Positions 48,948 to 59,459 of a stretch of 64,000 nucleotides of DNA are shown here, in pieces. The stretch spans positions 82,837 to 146,836 of the forward strand of contig CAVQUW010000019.1 in NCBI GenBank assembly GCA_963716785.1. The letters are read 5' to 3'. The position numbers and the translations under genes are program-made. Numbering within the stretch: the first letter of the stretch is position 1; each line of letters begins with the position of its first letter. A model generated the notes under the pieces. That model had not been told where the DNA came from. It ran no database searches and worked only from the letters and a program-made list of their open reading frames with translations. The stretch is from an uncultured delta proteobacterium. GTDB taxonomy: Bacteria; Desulfobacterota; Desulfobacteria; Desulfobacterales; SpSt-501.

Positions 48948-49870
48948 ATGAATTCGATGAAACCCGCCGAATGGGCCATGCTGGCCCTGCTGTCTTTTTT
49001 CTGGGGAGGATCCTTCTTCTTCGTCAAAGTGGCCCTGCACGACCTGCAGCCTTTCACCATCGTCTGGCTGCGTGTTTCGCTCGGCCGCGCATCATCCTGT
49101 TCGGCGGTGGCGAAGCTGCGCAAGGGCTGAGCCTGCCGTCGACCTTCGAGCGCCTGGAGACCCTATTTCCTGCTGGCGGTGCTGAACACGGCCCTGCCCT
49201 TCAGCCTCATCGTGTGGGGCCAGACGCACATCGAAAGCGGCGTCGCCTCGATCCTGAACGCCACCACCCCGATTTTCACGGTCCTGCTGGCCCACGTGCT
49301 CACGCGGACGAGCACCTGAAACCGACGAAAGCCGCCGGGGTCCTGACCGGCTTCGTCGGGGTCGCCTGCATGATCGCGCCCGGAACTGAGACAGGGCTTC
49401 GACTGGCGCGGTCTCGGCCAGCTGGCGGTCCTGGGGGCGGCGGTGTGCTACAGCTTTGCCGGGATCTACGGCAAACGCTTCAAGAGCGATCTCCCCATCG
49501 TCAACTGCGGCGGCCATGCTCGCCTGCGCGGCGGCTCCTGATGACCCCGCTCGCCCTGGCGGTCGACGCCCCCTGGCGGCTGCGGCCTTCGGCCGCATCG
49601 ATCGGCGCCGTGCTGGGCATCGCCACCGTCAGCACGGCGGCGGCCTACTTGCTCTATTTCCGCATCCTGGCGGCCGCCGGCGCCACCAATGTCATGCTGG
49701 TGACGCTCCTCATCCCGGTCAGCGCCCTTTTGCTCGGCGTGGGGATCCTGGGCGAGACGATCCAGCTCACCGACTTCCTCGGCATGGGGCTCATCTTCGC
49801 GGGTTTGATGCTGATCGACGGCAGGGTGGTTTCGTGGTTTCGCCCGCGGAGCACGCAGCGTGAGGCATAG
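48948..49870 (+). pseudogene. EamA/DMT family transporter; several frameshifts
   Basis: LSFFWGGSFFFVKVAL, ASILNATTPIF, AYLLYFRILAAAGATN..LVTLLIPV..LLG..LGE. Confidence 0.82.
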
Positions 49871-49878
49871 CTTGCGGA

Positions 49879-50340
49879 TCAGCCCACAGCGGCAAAATAG
49901 GGCAGCATGTAGCGGTGTACCGTCGGGTCGCTTTCGGCCTCCTCGCGGCTGAACCACCGGTAGCCCCGGTGCTGGTCGACCGGGGCACGGCCCTCGTCCA
50001 GGACCGCGTCGATGGAGTACGCCAGGACGACATAGTGCGTCCGGATCCCCGGCACCTCCCGGAAGTTCGAGTCGTAGTGATGCTCGAACACGCCCAAAAA
50101 GCTGGAGTCCGCGCGCCCGAGGGCGACCCCTGTTTCTTCGGCGGCGATGCGCCCGAAAGCGATGTCCAGCGTTTCGCCCTTGTGGATGCAGCCGCCGGGC
50201 ACGAACCAGCAATCCCTGGCCGGCTCGTTCACGCGGCGCCCCATGAGAATCCGCCCCGCGGGGTCCCGGACCACCAGGTCGATCGACACCAGCGGGGCCT
50301 TGGCGACCACCCCGAGGAACTCATCATCACTCAGACGCAC
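49879..50340 (-). CDS. nudD: GDP-mannose mannosyl hydrolase-like Nudix protein
   Basis: PLVSIDLVV, RVNEPA..WFVPGG.I.KGETL..AF.RI..EE.G, THYVVLAY, DQH..YRWF. Confidence 0.85.
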   Translation of the reverse strand: MRLSDDEFLGVVAKAPLVSIDLVVRDPAGRILMGRRVNEPARDCWFVPGGCIHKGETLDIAFGRIAAEETGVALGRADSSFLGVFEHHYDSNFREVPGIRTHYVVLAYSIDAVLDEGRAPVDQHRGYRWFSREEAESDPTVHRYMLPYFAAVG

Positions 50341-50408
50341 TGAACTTCCCCTTCAATCTGCAATTGCCCGACCGCCGCAGCCGGCCGCCGCGACGCTGTC
50401 ACCCCTCA

Positions 50409-51617
50409 TCACGCGCCGAACTTGCCCATGCGGCCGGCGTGGGCCAGGGCGAGCGGCATCAGGTCCACGGCCGGGAACTGGCCGAGCGCGCCCTTCAGGC
50501 ACTCGGTCTCCCCGAAGCCATTGACCTCGTTGCGGCGCGCCAGGGCCGGGGCGCGCATCAGGGTGGGCACGGGGTGCCAGGAGTGCGATTTGCAGACGGC
50601 CGGGGTGCTGTGGTCGCCGGTGACGATGAACACATCGGGCTTGAGGTCGAGAAAGCGCGGGATGGCGGCGTCGACCTTCTCGATCTCGGCCGCCTTGGCC
50701 GCGAAGTCCCCGTCCTCGCCGCGGCTGTCGGTGTATTTGTAGTGCACGAAAAAGAAATCGTAGCGCCCCCAGTGCTCCTCGAGCGCGGCGATCTGCTCGT
50801 TGAGATTGCGCAGCCCCGGCAGCACCGTCATCCCCACCAGGCCGGCCAGCCCCTTGTACATGGGGTAGACGGCGAGCGCCAGCGCGTTCAGCTTGTAGAT
50901 GTCGCTGAAACCCGGCAGGCCCGGCTCCTTGGCCCAGCCGCGCAGGGTCACCATGTTGGCCGGCTGCTCGTTTTTCAGGATCTCGCGCGCGGCGGCGACC
51001 CAGCGGTTGGCGAGCTCCGCCGTGGCCCGGGCGTCTTCCGCCTGCGCCGCGACCGTAAGGGGTGCGGCGCCGATCTTCTGCGGGTCGGTTTCGTTGAGCC
51101 TGGGCGAAAGGCCCTTGGCCCGAAAAACGAGGGCAAAGCGGTAGTCCTGAACCGGCTCGACGAACACCTCGACCCCCGGGAGCCGGATTGCCCGCAATTT
51201 CGCGACCAGCTCGGCGCATTTCTCCGTGGGGATGCGGCCGGCGCGCCGGTCGGTGATGAGCATGTTCTCGTCCACCGTGCAGAAATTGCCCCGCGCCGCG
51301 ACGTCGTCGGCGGTCAGCGGGAACCCGATGCCGCAGGCCTCCAGGACCCCGCGGCCGATGAGGTATTTCACCGGGTCGTAGCCGAAGAGGGCCAGGTGCC
51401 CCGGCCCGGAGCCGGGGGCGATGCCGCGGCCGATCGGAAGCGAAAGCCCCAGCAGGCTCCCGGCGGCGAGCGCGTCCAGATTCGGGGTGCGCGCGAACTC
51501 GAGCTCCGTGGGGCCGCCCGCCTCTTGCGGCAGCCCCCCGAGGCCGTCCATCACCAGCATCACGATCTTGGTGTCGGCGGTGGTGGTCAACCCCCGCATC
51601 AGGTCGAAATCAGCCAT
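50409..51617 (-). CDS. apgM: Cofactor-independent phosphoglycerate mutase (ApgM type)
   Basis: DGLGG, TELE.A.TPNLD, PGSGPGHLALFGYDP, GRGVLEA, DRRAGRI, HYKYTDSRGEDG, TGDHSTP, HSWHPVP. Confidence 0.92.
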   Translation of the reverse strand: MADFDLMRGLTTTADTKIVMLVMDGLGGLPQEAGGPTELEFARTPNLDALAAGSLLGLSLPIGRGIAPGSGPGHLALFGYDPVKYLIGRGVLEACGIGFPLTADDVAARGNFCTVDENMLITDRRAGRIPTEKCAELVAKLRAIRLPGVEVFVEPVQDYRFALVFRAKGLSPRLNETDPQKIGAAPLTVAAQAEDARATAELANRWVAAAREILKNEQPANMVTLRGWAKEPGLPGFSDIYKLNALALAVYPMYKGLAGLVGMTVLPGLRNLNEQIAALEEHWGRYDFFFVHYKYTDSRGEDGDFAAKAAEIEKVDAAIPRFLDLKPDVFIVTGDHSTPAVCKSHSWHPVPTLMRAPALARRNEVNGFGETECLKGALGQFPAVDLMPLALAHAGRMGKFGA

Positions 51618-51680
51618 GAGGCCTCCTTTTTCCAACAGGGTTTAAAGCGCCAGGAGTTCCCGGGCGAAAACGGGCCGGAC

Positions 51681-51731
51681 TGAGCCTCCCCACAGCAAGC
51701 GGCGGGACATGCGTTCGCTATCGCGGTTCAA
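51681..51731. repeat. Family B element, single-hairpin version
   Basis: TGAGCCTCCCCACAGCAAGCGGCGGGACATGCGTTCGCTATCGCGGTTCAA matches both ends of 24504-24622. Confidence 0.6.
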
Positions 51732-52092
51732 GTCCTCTCACTTGAACCCTCGAACCCTTTAACCCTAAAACGACCGAAGTCGGCTGCTGTTTTCGCGCCC
51801 ATGTTAGATCACCATCGCCGGCTGAGTTCAAGCGAAAAATCCTGCCCGGTCCCGAACGACACCCCGATTTCATTCAAAAAGGGTGCGACCTTTATCCTAC
51901 CGTGCAAGTAATATTTGCCTTGACAATCACCAGGGGTTTATATAGCTACTATGTAGCTGCAAGTCACTTAGAAAGTTTTCCAAGAACTATTTGGTAAATC
52001 GCATTCACAAGCCATTGGCGTCTAAACCCATCGTCGCGCCATTTTTCCCTTCTGCCGCAGGCAGAAGCCAGCCTAACCACAAGGAGGCTTCC

Positions 52093-53373
52093 ATGCAAAA
52101 CAGAACACGCTTCATCGTTTCCCTGCTGATTGCCGCCGCGTTCCTGCTGACCCCCTGGATCGGGGCCCTGGCCGCGGACCCGATCGTGATCGGGATCCCG
52201 ACCTCGCTCGGGTTCCTCGAGGGCAAGGAATCCCACAAGGTCGTGCAGATGGCCGTCAGCGAGATCAACGCCAAGGGCGGGGTCACCGTCGGCGGGCAGA
52301 AGCGGCTGTTCGAGGTGGCCGCCATCGACATCCGCGATGCCGCCCCCGGCGTGCCCGTGCCCGAGGCCCTGCTCGGCATCGAGAAGAACATCCTCGAAAA
52401 GAAGCCCGTCGCGATCGTGGTGGGCCCGTTCCGCTCCGAGGCGCTGATCGCGGGCATGGACCTGCTCGCCAAGTACAAGACCCCCATGATCGGGACCATC
52501 GCCATGTCGCCGGCCTCGGAGGCGAAGGTCAAGCAGGAGCCCGACAAGTACAAGTACGTGTTCCGCAACTGCCTGAACGCCGTCTACCTGGTGAAATACC
52601 TGTCCGGCACCATGGCGGCGATCAACCAGCAGTTCGGCTTCACCAAGGTCTACGTGATGCACCAGGATGTCGCCTGGGCGCGGGCCACGGCCGACCTCGT
52701 CAAGAAAATGTACTTCGACACGGCCGGCTGGGAAGTCATCGAGCAGGAGGCCTACCCCACCGGCACGACCGATTTCTCGTCCGGTCTGATGAAAGCCAAG
52801 AGCAAGGGCGCCCAGGTGATTTTGCCGATCTTCGACATGCCCCAGAGCGGCACCCTGGTCAAACAGTGGAAATCCATGAACGTTCCGGCCCTGATGGCGG
52901 GCTTCATTTCGCCCCTGGCGGGCTCCGACGCCTGGAAGACCTTCGACGGCAAGATCGGCGGGGCCGTCAACTGCGTCTTCGAGATGGGCAGCGCCATCGC
53001 CAGCGAGAAGATCCCCAAGTCCGTCGAGTTCACCAACAACTACAAGAAGCTCTACGGCAAGGAGATCCAGGCCGGACACGGCCCCGCCCCGGCCTATGAC
53101 TCGGTCTACATCCTGGCCGAGGCGATCGAGCGCGCCGGCTCCCTGGACCCCGACGCCCTGGTCGCCCAGCTGCAGAAGACCGACCGCATGGGCGTCATGG
53201 GCCGGGTCAAGTTCGACGCCGGCAACCAGGTCGTCTACGGCTTCGACCCCAAGGAGACGGCGGTCGCCGCCGTGTTCCAGTGGACCGACGACGGCAAGCG
53301 CCGGATCGTCTTCCCCGACTCCATCGCGGACGCCAAGATCCAGCTGCCCAAAGGTCTCAAGTCCATGAAATAG
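52093..53373 (+). CDS. LIV-type ABC transporter substrate-binding protein
   Basis: RBS AAGGAGG; signal peptide; AVSEINAKGGV, GPFRSE, TDFSS.L.K, YDSVYILAEAIERAGS.D. Confidence 0.9.
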   Translation: MQNRTRFIVSLLIAAAFLLTPWIGALAADPIVIGIPTSLGFLEGKESHKVVQMAVSEINAKGGVTVGGQKRLFEVAAIDIRDAAPGVPVPEALLGIEKNILEKKPVAIVVGPFRSEALIAGMDLLAKYKTPMIGTIAMSPASEAKVKQEPDKYKYVFRNCLNAVYLVKYLSGTMAAINQQFGFTKVYVMHQDVAWARATADLVKKMYFDTAGWEVIEQEAYPTGTTDFSSGLMKAKSKGAQVILPIFDMPQSGTLVKQWKSMNVPALMAGFISPLAGSDAWKTFDGKIGGAVNCVFEMGSAIASEKIPKSVEFTNNYKKLYGKEIQAGHGPAPAYDSVYILAEAIERAGSLDPDALVAQLQKTDRMGVMGRVKFDAGNQVVYGFDPKETAVAAVFQWTDDGKRRIVFPDSIADAKIQLPKGLKSMK

Positions 53374-53482
53374 ACCGATCCCCCATCACGCCGCCCTCTC
53401 CCCCGCCACCCGGGGGGAGAGGGTGGCGGTGATCCCACGGGCCGGGAATTTCCGGCTCAACCCGGAGCAGGAATTCAATCTG

Positions 53483-54355
53483 ATGTTTCTCGGAACGATC
53501 GTCTATGCGCTGATCAACAGCGCCGTCCTGGCCGTGATGGCCATGGGGTTCAACCTGACCTTCGGCATCAGCGGGGTCGCCAATTTCGCCTACGGCGCGA
53601 TGTACATCTTCTCGGCCTACGCGAGCTGGATGATGGTCAACCTCCTCTCCCTGCCCTACTGGGCGGCGGTACCGGTGTCGATCCTGACGACGATGCTCCT
53701 CGGGGCGCTGATGTACCGCTTCGTGCTGCTCAGGGTGCGCGGGCAGGCCCTCTCCGAGGTGATCGCCACCTTCGGGATCGGGCTGGCCATTCTCGAGTTT
53801 TTCAACTACCTCGGCTTTGTCGGCTTCGAGTACAACCTGCCGGTGCTGATCGACGGGGGAGTGATGATCGGCGACAACATGGTCGACCTGCAGCGCATCC
53901 TGATCGTCGCGGTCGCGGCGCTGCTCGTACTCGGGCTGTGGCTCTTCACCCACCACACGCACCTGGGGCTCGCCTTCCGCGGCATCGCCCAGGACGAGCG
54001 CACCGCCCTGACGCTCGGCATCGACTCGGACCGGATCGCCACCCTGAGCGTCGCGATGGGCTGCGGGCTGGCGGCGGTGGCGGCCACGGTCATCATCCCG
54101 CTGCACAGCATCTCCCCCAGCGAGGGCTACGAGGTGCTGATCAAGGCCCTGGCGGTGTGCATCATCGGCGGGCTCGGGAGCTCCGGCGGGGTCATCGTGG
54201 CCGCCTTCCTGATCGGCTTCGCCGAGCGCTTCACCGACTCCTACGTGGGCTCGCACTGGACCATGATCGTCAGCCTGGCGGCGATCCTGATCGTGCTGGC
54301 CGTCAAACCTTCCGGGTTGTTCGGCAAACAGAAAGAGCTCGAAGAAAGGATCTGA
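53483..54355 (+). CDS. livH: LIV-type ABC permease
   Basis: AMGFNLTFGISGVANFAYG, GLAFRGIAQD, IIGGLGS, KPSGLFG. Confidence 0.9.
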   Translation: MFLGTIVYALINSAVLAVMAMGFNLTFGISGVANFAYGAMYIFSAYASWMMVNLLSLPYWAAVPVSILTTMLLGALMYRFVLLRVRGQALSEVIATFGIGLAILEFFNYLGFVGFEYNLPVLIDGGVMIGDNMVDLQRILIVAVAALLVLGLWLFTHHTHLGLAFRGIAQDERTALTLGIDSDRIATLSVAMGCGLAAVAATVIIPLHSISPSEGYEVLIKALAVCIIGGLGSSGGVIVAAFLIGFAERFTDSYVGSHWTMIVSLAAILIVLAVKPSGLFGKQKELEERI

Positions 54356-54360
54356 CACCC

Positions 54361-55363
54361 TTGGAAAGACGCAAAGAGCGCATCGACCGCGGCATCAAGG
54401 CCCGCTCCGGGGACATCTTCGCCCTGACCTCCTGGCGCGAGATGCTCTATCTGGCCGCCCCGCGGCTGCTCCCCCTGGCAGGGTTCCTGGTCCTGCCCCT
54501 TTTGCTCGGCGACTACTGGCAGAAGGTCCTGCTCTCCGTGGCCGTCTTCGCCCTGCTCGCCATCAGCTGGGACATCCTGGCCCAGACCGGGATGGTCTCG
54601 CTCGGCCAGGCGCTGTTCTTCGGCCTGGGGGCCTACTGCGCCGGGATCATGAACCACTATTTCGGGTGGCACCCCTTGATCAGCCTGCCGCTCGCGGCGG
54701 TGTTCGGGGGGCTGATCAGCACGGCGATCCTGCTGCCGGTCCTGAGGCTGCGGGGGGTGTACTTCTCCATGGTGACGCTGATCATCCCGCTCATGCTCGT
54801 ACGCATCGTGGAGGCCACCAAGATCTTCGGCGGCACCGAGGGCCTGAGCGGCATCGGCCCGCTGCCCTCCAAGTGGGTCGAGCTCTACCTGATCGTCGCG
54901 GTGCTGCTCGGCGTACTCTTCGGGTTCCGGCGCATGCTGGATTCGGATTTCGGGCTGGTGCTCAAGGCGATCAAGGACAACGACCGCTCGGTCATGAACG
55001 CCGGCATCGACATCTACTGGTTCAAGACCCAGGCGCTGTTCATCGCCAGCTGCATCGGGGCCCTCGCCGGGGCCTTCATGACCCATGTCTACATGTTCGT
55101 GGGCATGCCGGTCTTCGCGCTCGACTACTCCATCCTGCCGATCGCCGCGGCGGTGGTGGGCGGGCCGGGGACGCTGGCCGGGGCGACCCTGGGCGCGGTC
55201 ATCCTCGTGCCCCTCTCGGAGCTCCTGCGCGGGATCGGCGGGCTGCGCATCGTGTTCTACGGGCTTTTTCTGGTGGTGTTCATCGTCGGCCTGCCCGGAG
55301 GGGATCTTCCACTACGTCACGCGCAAATACCACCAGATCGAACGCTGGGTGGAGGTGCAATAG
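54361..55363 (+). pseudogene. livM: LIV-type ABC permease; one +1 frameshift near 55297
   Basis: TGMVSLGQALFFGLGAY, LRLRGVYFSMVTL, GGTEGL, GGPGTLAG, (L)PEGI in the next frame. Confidence 0.85.
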
Positions 55364-55366
55364 GAC

Positions 55367-56119
55367 ATGGGCGCAGAACCGCTGCTCAAGCTCAACGGGC
55401 TTTATAAGAATTTCGGAGGGGTCCAGGCCATCGCGGACCTGAGCTTCGAGCTGGCGCCCGGCGAGCTGCTGGGGCTGATCGGCCCGAACGGCTCGGGCAA
55501 GACCACGGCCGTCAACCTGATCACCGGCTTCGTGAAACCCACCGAAGGCGAAGTCGTCTTCGGCGGCCGCACCATCACCGGGCTGGCCCCGCACAAGATC
55601 GTGCGGCTCGGCATCGCCCGCACCTTCCAGATGGTGAAGCCCTTTTACCAGCTGCCGGCCTACAAGAACATGATCATCCCCCTGTACTCGCCGCGCGTCA
55701 AGCAGCTCGCCGGAGGCCGCTACGGGGACCGGGACGCCGTGGCGCTGGACCTGCTCGAGGAGGTCGGCTTCGAACGCGACGCCCAGGTGGCCTACAAGGC
55801 CGCCAGCGTCCTGCCCCAGGGCTATCTCAAGCGCCTCGAGCTCGCCAAGGCCATCGCCCTCAGACCCGAACTGATCATTCTCGACGAGCTCTTCTCGGGC
55901 TTGAGCCTGGCCGAGGTGGCCAGCATCGTGCCGATCATCGAGAAGCTGCGCATGGAAGGCAAGACCATCATCATGATCGAACATCGTTTGAAGGAGCTCT
56001 TTCGGATCGCCGACCGGGTGGTGGTGCTCAACTACGGGCAGAAGATCGCCGAGGGCAAGGCCGCAGCCGTCATGGAAAGCAACGAGGTCAAGAAAGCCTA
56101 TCTGGGGGTCGAGGCGTGA
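55367..56119 (+). CDS. livG: LIV-type ABC ATPase
   Basis: FGGVQA, GPNGSGKTT, GIARTFQ, LDE, IEH. Confidence 0.9.
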   Translation: MGAEPLLKLNGLYKNFGGVQAIADLSFELAPGELLGLIGPNGSGKTTAVNLITGFVKPTEGEVVFGGRTITGLAPHKIVRLGIARTFQMVKPFYQLPAYKNMIIPLYSPRVKQLAGGRYGDRDAVALDLLEEVGFERDAQVAYKAASVLPQGYLKRLELAKAIALRPELIILDELFSGLSLAEVASIVPIIEKLRMEGKTIIMIEHRLKELFRIADRVVVLNYGQKIAEGKAAAVMESNEVKKAYLGVEA

Positions 56120-56241
56120 GTTCGGTCTGTCCGGTCTATCCGGTCTGCCCGTCGGCCTGTCTGTCCGGTCTGCCCGTCGAAACGGGGAAGGCGGGGGTTG
56201 GGGAAGCGGAATGAATCATGAAAAGAGGTGACAAGGCGTCT

Positions 56242-57033
56242 ATGAACGAGGAATCGAAGGTTTCCGGGGACGACGCGCGGCCGGCGCTGCTCGAGGTGCA
56301 CGAGCTGATGGTGTTCTTCGAGAATGCGCTCGCCCTCAACGGGCTGAGCCTCGAAATCCGAGCCGGGGAGATCGTGGGCGTGATCGGCTCGAACTCCGCC
56401 GGCAAGACGACCCTCATGAACGCGCTCTCCGGCCTGATCATCGACATGCGCACCAAGGAGCGACGCCGCGGCGGCGAGCGCATCACGGTCTACGGCAAGA
56501 TCACCTTCAAGGGCGAAGACATCACCGAGACCCGCCCGGAGGCGCGGGTGAAAAAGGGCATCGTGCTTTCGCGCGAGCGGCACCCGGTGTTCCCGGAAAG
56601 CAGCGTGCTGGAGAACCTGAAGATCGCCGGCTACCTGCGCACCCGGGCGCAGGCCGAGGAGACCATCGCCTACGTGTTCGAGCTGTTCCCGGCCCTGGCC
56701 AAGTTCAAGACCCGCAAGGCCGGTTTCTTGAGCGGCGGCGAGCAGCAGATGCTCGCCATCGGCATGGCGCTCGTGGTGCGTCCCGAGCTGCTGCTCCTCG
56801 ACGAGCCGCTGCTCGGCTTGAGCCCGATCATGCAGCAGTCGGTGATGGAAGCGATCGTCAGCTTGAAAGGCAACACCGGCATCACCGTGGTACTGAGCGA
56901 GCAGTTCGCCCGGCCCGTGCTGCCGGTGATCGACCGCGGGTATGTGGTTGAAAACGGCATGCTGGCCCTCTCCGGCACGGGTGCCGAGCTGATGGACAAC
57001 CCGGAAGTCAAGTCGGCATACTTCGGAATATGA
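56242..57033 (+). CDS. livF: LIV-type ABC ATPase
   Basis: GSNSAGKTT, LSGGEQQMLAIG.AL, DEP.LGLSP, EQ. Confidence 0.9.
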   Translation: MNEESKVSGDDARPALLEVHELMVFFENALALNGLSLEIRAGEIVGVIGSNSAGKTTLMNALSGLIIDMRTKERRRGGERITVYGKITFKGEDITETRPEARVKKGIVLSRERHPVFPESSVLENLKIAGYLRTRAQAEETIAYVFELFPALAKFKTRKAGFLSGGEQQMLAIGMALVVRPELLLLDEPLLGLSPIMQQSVMEAIVSLKGNTGITVVLSEQFARPVLPVIDRGYVVENGMLALSGTGAELMDNPEVKSAYFGI

Positions 57034-57147
57034 ACGGGGTCGGGCCCATCGGTCAGCCGGCCCGTCAGCCGGTCTGCCCGGTCTTTCCCGTCGACGGGAA
57101 ATCGTGGCGTGTGGGGACCCGTAATCGATCGAGACAATGAACAGACA

Positions 57148-58911
57148 ATGATGAGCGACTTGGAAACCCAATCGATATATTCGGTATTCGCGGAAACGGC
57201 GGCGCGGCGGGCGGACCACACCGCCGTGGTCTATCTCGGCACCCGCTTTTCCTACGGCCGCGTGAAGCAGCTGGCGGAATCCTTTGCGGCCGCGCTGGCC
57301 GCGCGCGGCGTCGCCCCCGGCCAGAAGGTGATGCTCTACATCCCGAACGGCATCCAGTGGGTGGTGGCCTGGCTCGGCGTTCAGCGCCTGGGGGCGGTGG
57401 CAGTCCCCATCACCCCCATCTACACGCCTCACGACGTGGTCTACGTCGCCAACGACAGCGGGGCCGAGACCGTCGTCTGCGCCGACACCAATTTCGGCTA
57501 CGTCACCAGCGCGCTGCCAAAAACGGGACTCAAGCAGGTCGTCGTCAGCCGCATGACGGACCTGCTGCCCTGGTGGAAGCGGGCCTTCGGCACCCTCTTC
57601 GACGTCGTGCCCAAGGGCAAGACGGCCTTGAACGAGGGCACCCACCGGTTCAGCAGGCTCACCGCCGGTGCCGACGCTGGGCCGCCGCTGCCGGAGGGCG
57701 GAGGCGGCGGGGAAAATACGGCCGAGATCCTCTACACCGGGGGCACCACCAAGTTCCCGAAAGGCGTGCCCATCTCCCACGCCCTCTTCCTGATTTCCGC
57801 GATCGAGCAGATCCGCACGAGCGCGCCCCTGTTCGCGCCCGAGGACAACGTCGTCATGGGCAACGCCCCCCTGTTCCACATCTTGGGCCAGACCTGCAGC
57901 CTGGCGACGCTTCTGGCAGGCGGGACGCTGGTCTCTCAGCCCCGCGTCAACCTGGATGCCATGTTCGATTCGATCGAGCGCTACCGGGCCAGGACCATGA
58001 TCGGGGTGCCGACACTCTACCGCATGATTCTCGAGCATTCGCGGCTTTCGCAGTACGATCTCTCCTCGCTCGAGTACTGCTTCAGCGGCGGCGATGTGCT
58101 GCCGGTGGAGATCGGCCAGCGCTGGCGGGAGAAATTCGGACGGCCCATCTACCAGGGCTACGGCGCCACCGAGACCTGCGGCGGGGTCGCCATGTGCGCG
58201 GTGGACCGCGACAACCCGCCGAAGAGCGTCGGCCGGAAAGTGGCCAGCAAAAAGGTGATGCTCGTCGACTCGCTCACCCTGAAACCCGTGGAAACGGGGG
58301 AGCCGGGGGAGATCCTGGTCTCCTCGCCGCACATGGTCAAGGCCTATCTCAACAAGCCCGAAGAGACCGCGGCCGCTTTCGTCGAGATCGAAGGCGAGAC
58401 CTGGTACCGGACGGCGGACATCATGTCCATGGACGAGGACGGCAACATCTTCTTCGTCGACCGCACGGTGGACACCATCAAGCACAAGGGCTACCGCGTC
58501 TCGGCCTCGGAGATCGAGTCCGTGCTCCAGGAGCACCCGGCCGTGACGGCCGCCTGCGTGGTGGGGGTCCCCGATGTCAAGGTCGGCGAGCGGATCAAGG
58601 CCTACGTGGTCCTCAAGGAGGACGTCAAGGGCATCTCCGGCTACGAGCTGATCAAGTGGTGCCGCCAGACCCTGGTGAGCTACAAGATCCCCCAGTACAT
58701 CGAGTTCCGCGACATGCTGCCCAAGTCCAAGGTCGGCAAGCTCCTGCGGCGGGAGATCCGCGACGAGGAGCAGCGGCGCAAAGAAGTTTATGACTTAGGC
58801 AAGACTCGAGGGGTCAAGGGTCCAAGGGTTGCGAGCGTGTCGGTCGCTGACTGTATGGCGCTTTGGCCTCGACTCGCCTATGAACCCGCGACGCCCCTCG
58901 AACGCGCTTGA
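57148..58911 (+). CDS. AMP-forming acyl-CoA ligase (ANL superfamily); true 3' end may be near 58790
   Basis: YTGGTTKFPKG, PLFH, QGYGATE, YRTAD, DRTVDTIKHKGYRV, LPKSKVGKLLRR. Confidence 0.92.
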   Translation: MMSDLETQSIYSVFAETAARRADHTAVVYLGTRFSYGRVKQLAESFAAALAARGVAPGQKVMLYIPNGIQWVVAWLGVQRLGAVAVPITPIYTPHDVVYVANDSGAETVVCADTNFGYVTSALPKTGLKQVVVSRMTDLLPWWKRAFGTLFDVVPKGKTALNEGTHRFSRLTAGADAGPPLPEGGGGGENTAEILYTGGTTKFPKGVPISHALFLISAIEQIRTSAPLFAPEDNVVMGNAPLFHILGQTCSLATLLAGGTLVSQPRVNLDAMFDSIERYRARTMIGVPTLYRMILEHSRLSQYDLSSLEYCFSGGDVLPVEIGQRWREKFGRPIYQGYGATETCGGVAMCAVDRDNPPKSVGRKVASKKVMLVDSLTLKPVETGEPGEILVSSPHMVKAYLNKPEETAAAFVEIEGETWYRTADIMSMDEDGNIFFVDRTVDTIKHKGYRVSASEIESVLQEHPAVTAACVVGVPDVKVGERIKAYVVLKEDVKGISGYELIKWCRQTLVSYKIPQYIEFRDMLPKSKVGKLLRREIRDEEQRRKEVYDLGKTRGVKGPRVASVSVADCMALWPRLAYEPATPLERA

Positions 58912-58938
58912 ACCGCTTATTCAAAAGATGGGATCGCC

Positions 58939-59424
58939 ATGCTCTCTCCGAAACAGGAAAAAGCCATCTTAGAGCGCATCCATGCGATCCCCATCGTGGG
59001 AACGCTCGAGTTTGCCGATTTCCGCTTCGGCGACGGCACCTGCGAGCTGAGGATGCCGCGCCGCAAAAAGTACGACGGGGTCTTCGAGTCCCTGCACGGC
59101 GGTCTGCTGATGACCGCCGCCGACAGCACGGCCTGCTTTGCCATCCTCACCCGCACCGGCCCCCGGGCGCGGCTGACCACCACCGACATGAACATCCGCT
59201 TCCTGGCCCCCTGCCTGACGGATGCCATCGTCAAGGCGCGGGTGATCAAGCTCGGCCGCACCCTCTGCCCGGTGGCCGTGGACCTGTTCGACGAAGAGCA
59301 GCGGCAGGTCGCGGTGGCGCAGGTGGGCTATATGCGGCTTGAGGATCGTCAGCGGCACCTGAGGCCGTCATTTGGTCCTGCATGGCTTCGACCGGTGAGC
59401 GCCTGCCCAGTCGCGCCCGAATAG
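58939..59424 (+). CDS. PaaI family hot-dog thioesterase
   Basis: LHGGLLMTAADS, TTDMNIRFL.P, KLGRTL. Confidence 0.88.
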   Translation: MLSPKQEKAILERIHAIPIVGTLEFADFRFGDGTCELRMPRRKKYDGVFESLHGGLLMTAADSTACFAILTRTGPRARLTTTDMNIRFLAPCLTDAIVKARVIKLGRTLCPVAVDLFDEEQRQVAVAQVGYMRLEDRQRHLRPSFGPAWLRPVSACPVAPE

Positions 59425-59459
59425 CGGCGACCTCCGATCAGGTTCTAAAATCTTTTACG

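Noticed and set aside
5813..55363. Programmed frameshifting or mass pseudogenisation as the cause of broken genes
   Set aside because: No slippery heptamers recognised, catalytic motifs are intact, and several indels look like merged alleles; an artefact is more likely
56120..57095. CRISPR-like array
   Set aside because: Repeats are 8-9-mers without unique spacers; no cas genes
368..58536. Very long antisense ORFs (368-2518, 12601-14460, 18730-21423, 24880-26622, 28636-30804, 31885-33786, 56098-58536)
   Set aside because: Shadow frames opposite well-supported genes, expected in high-GC3 DNA; no motifs and unnatural composition
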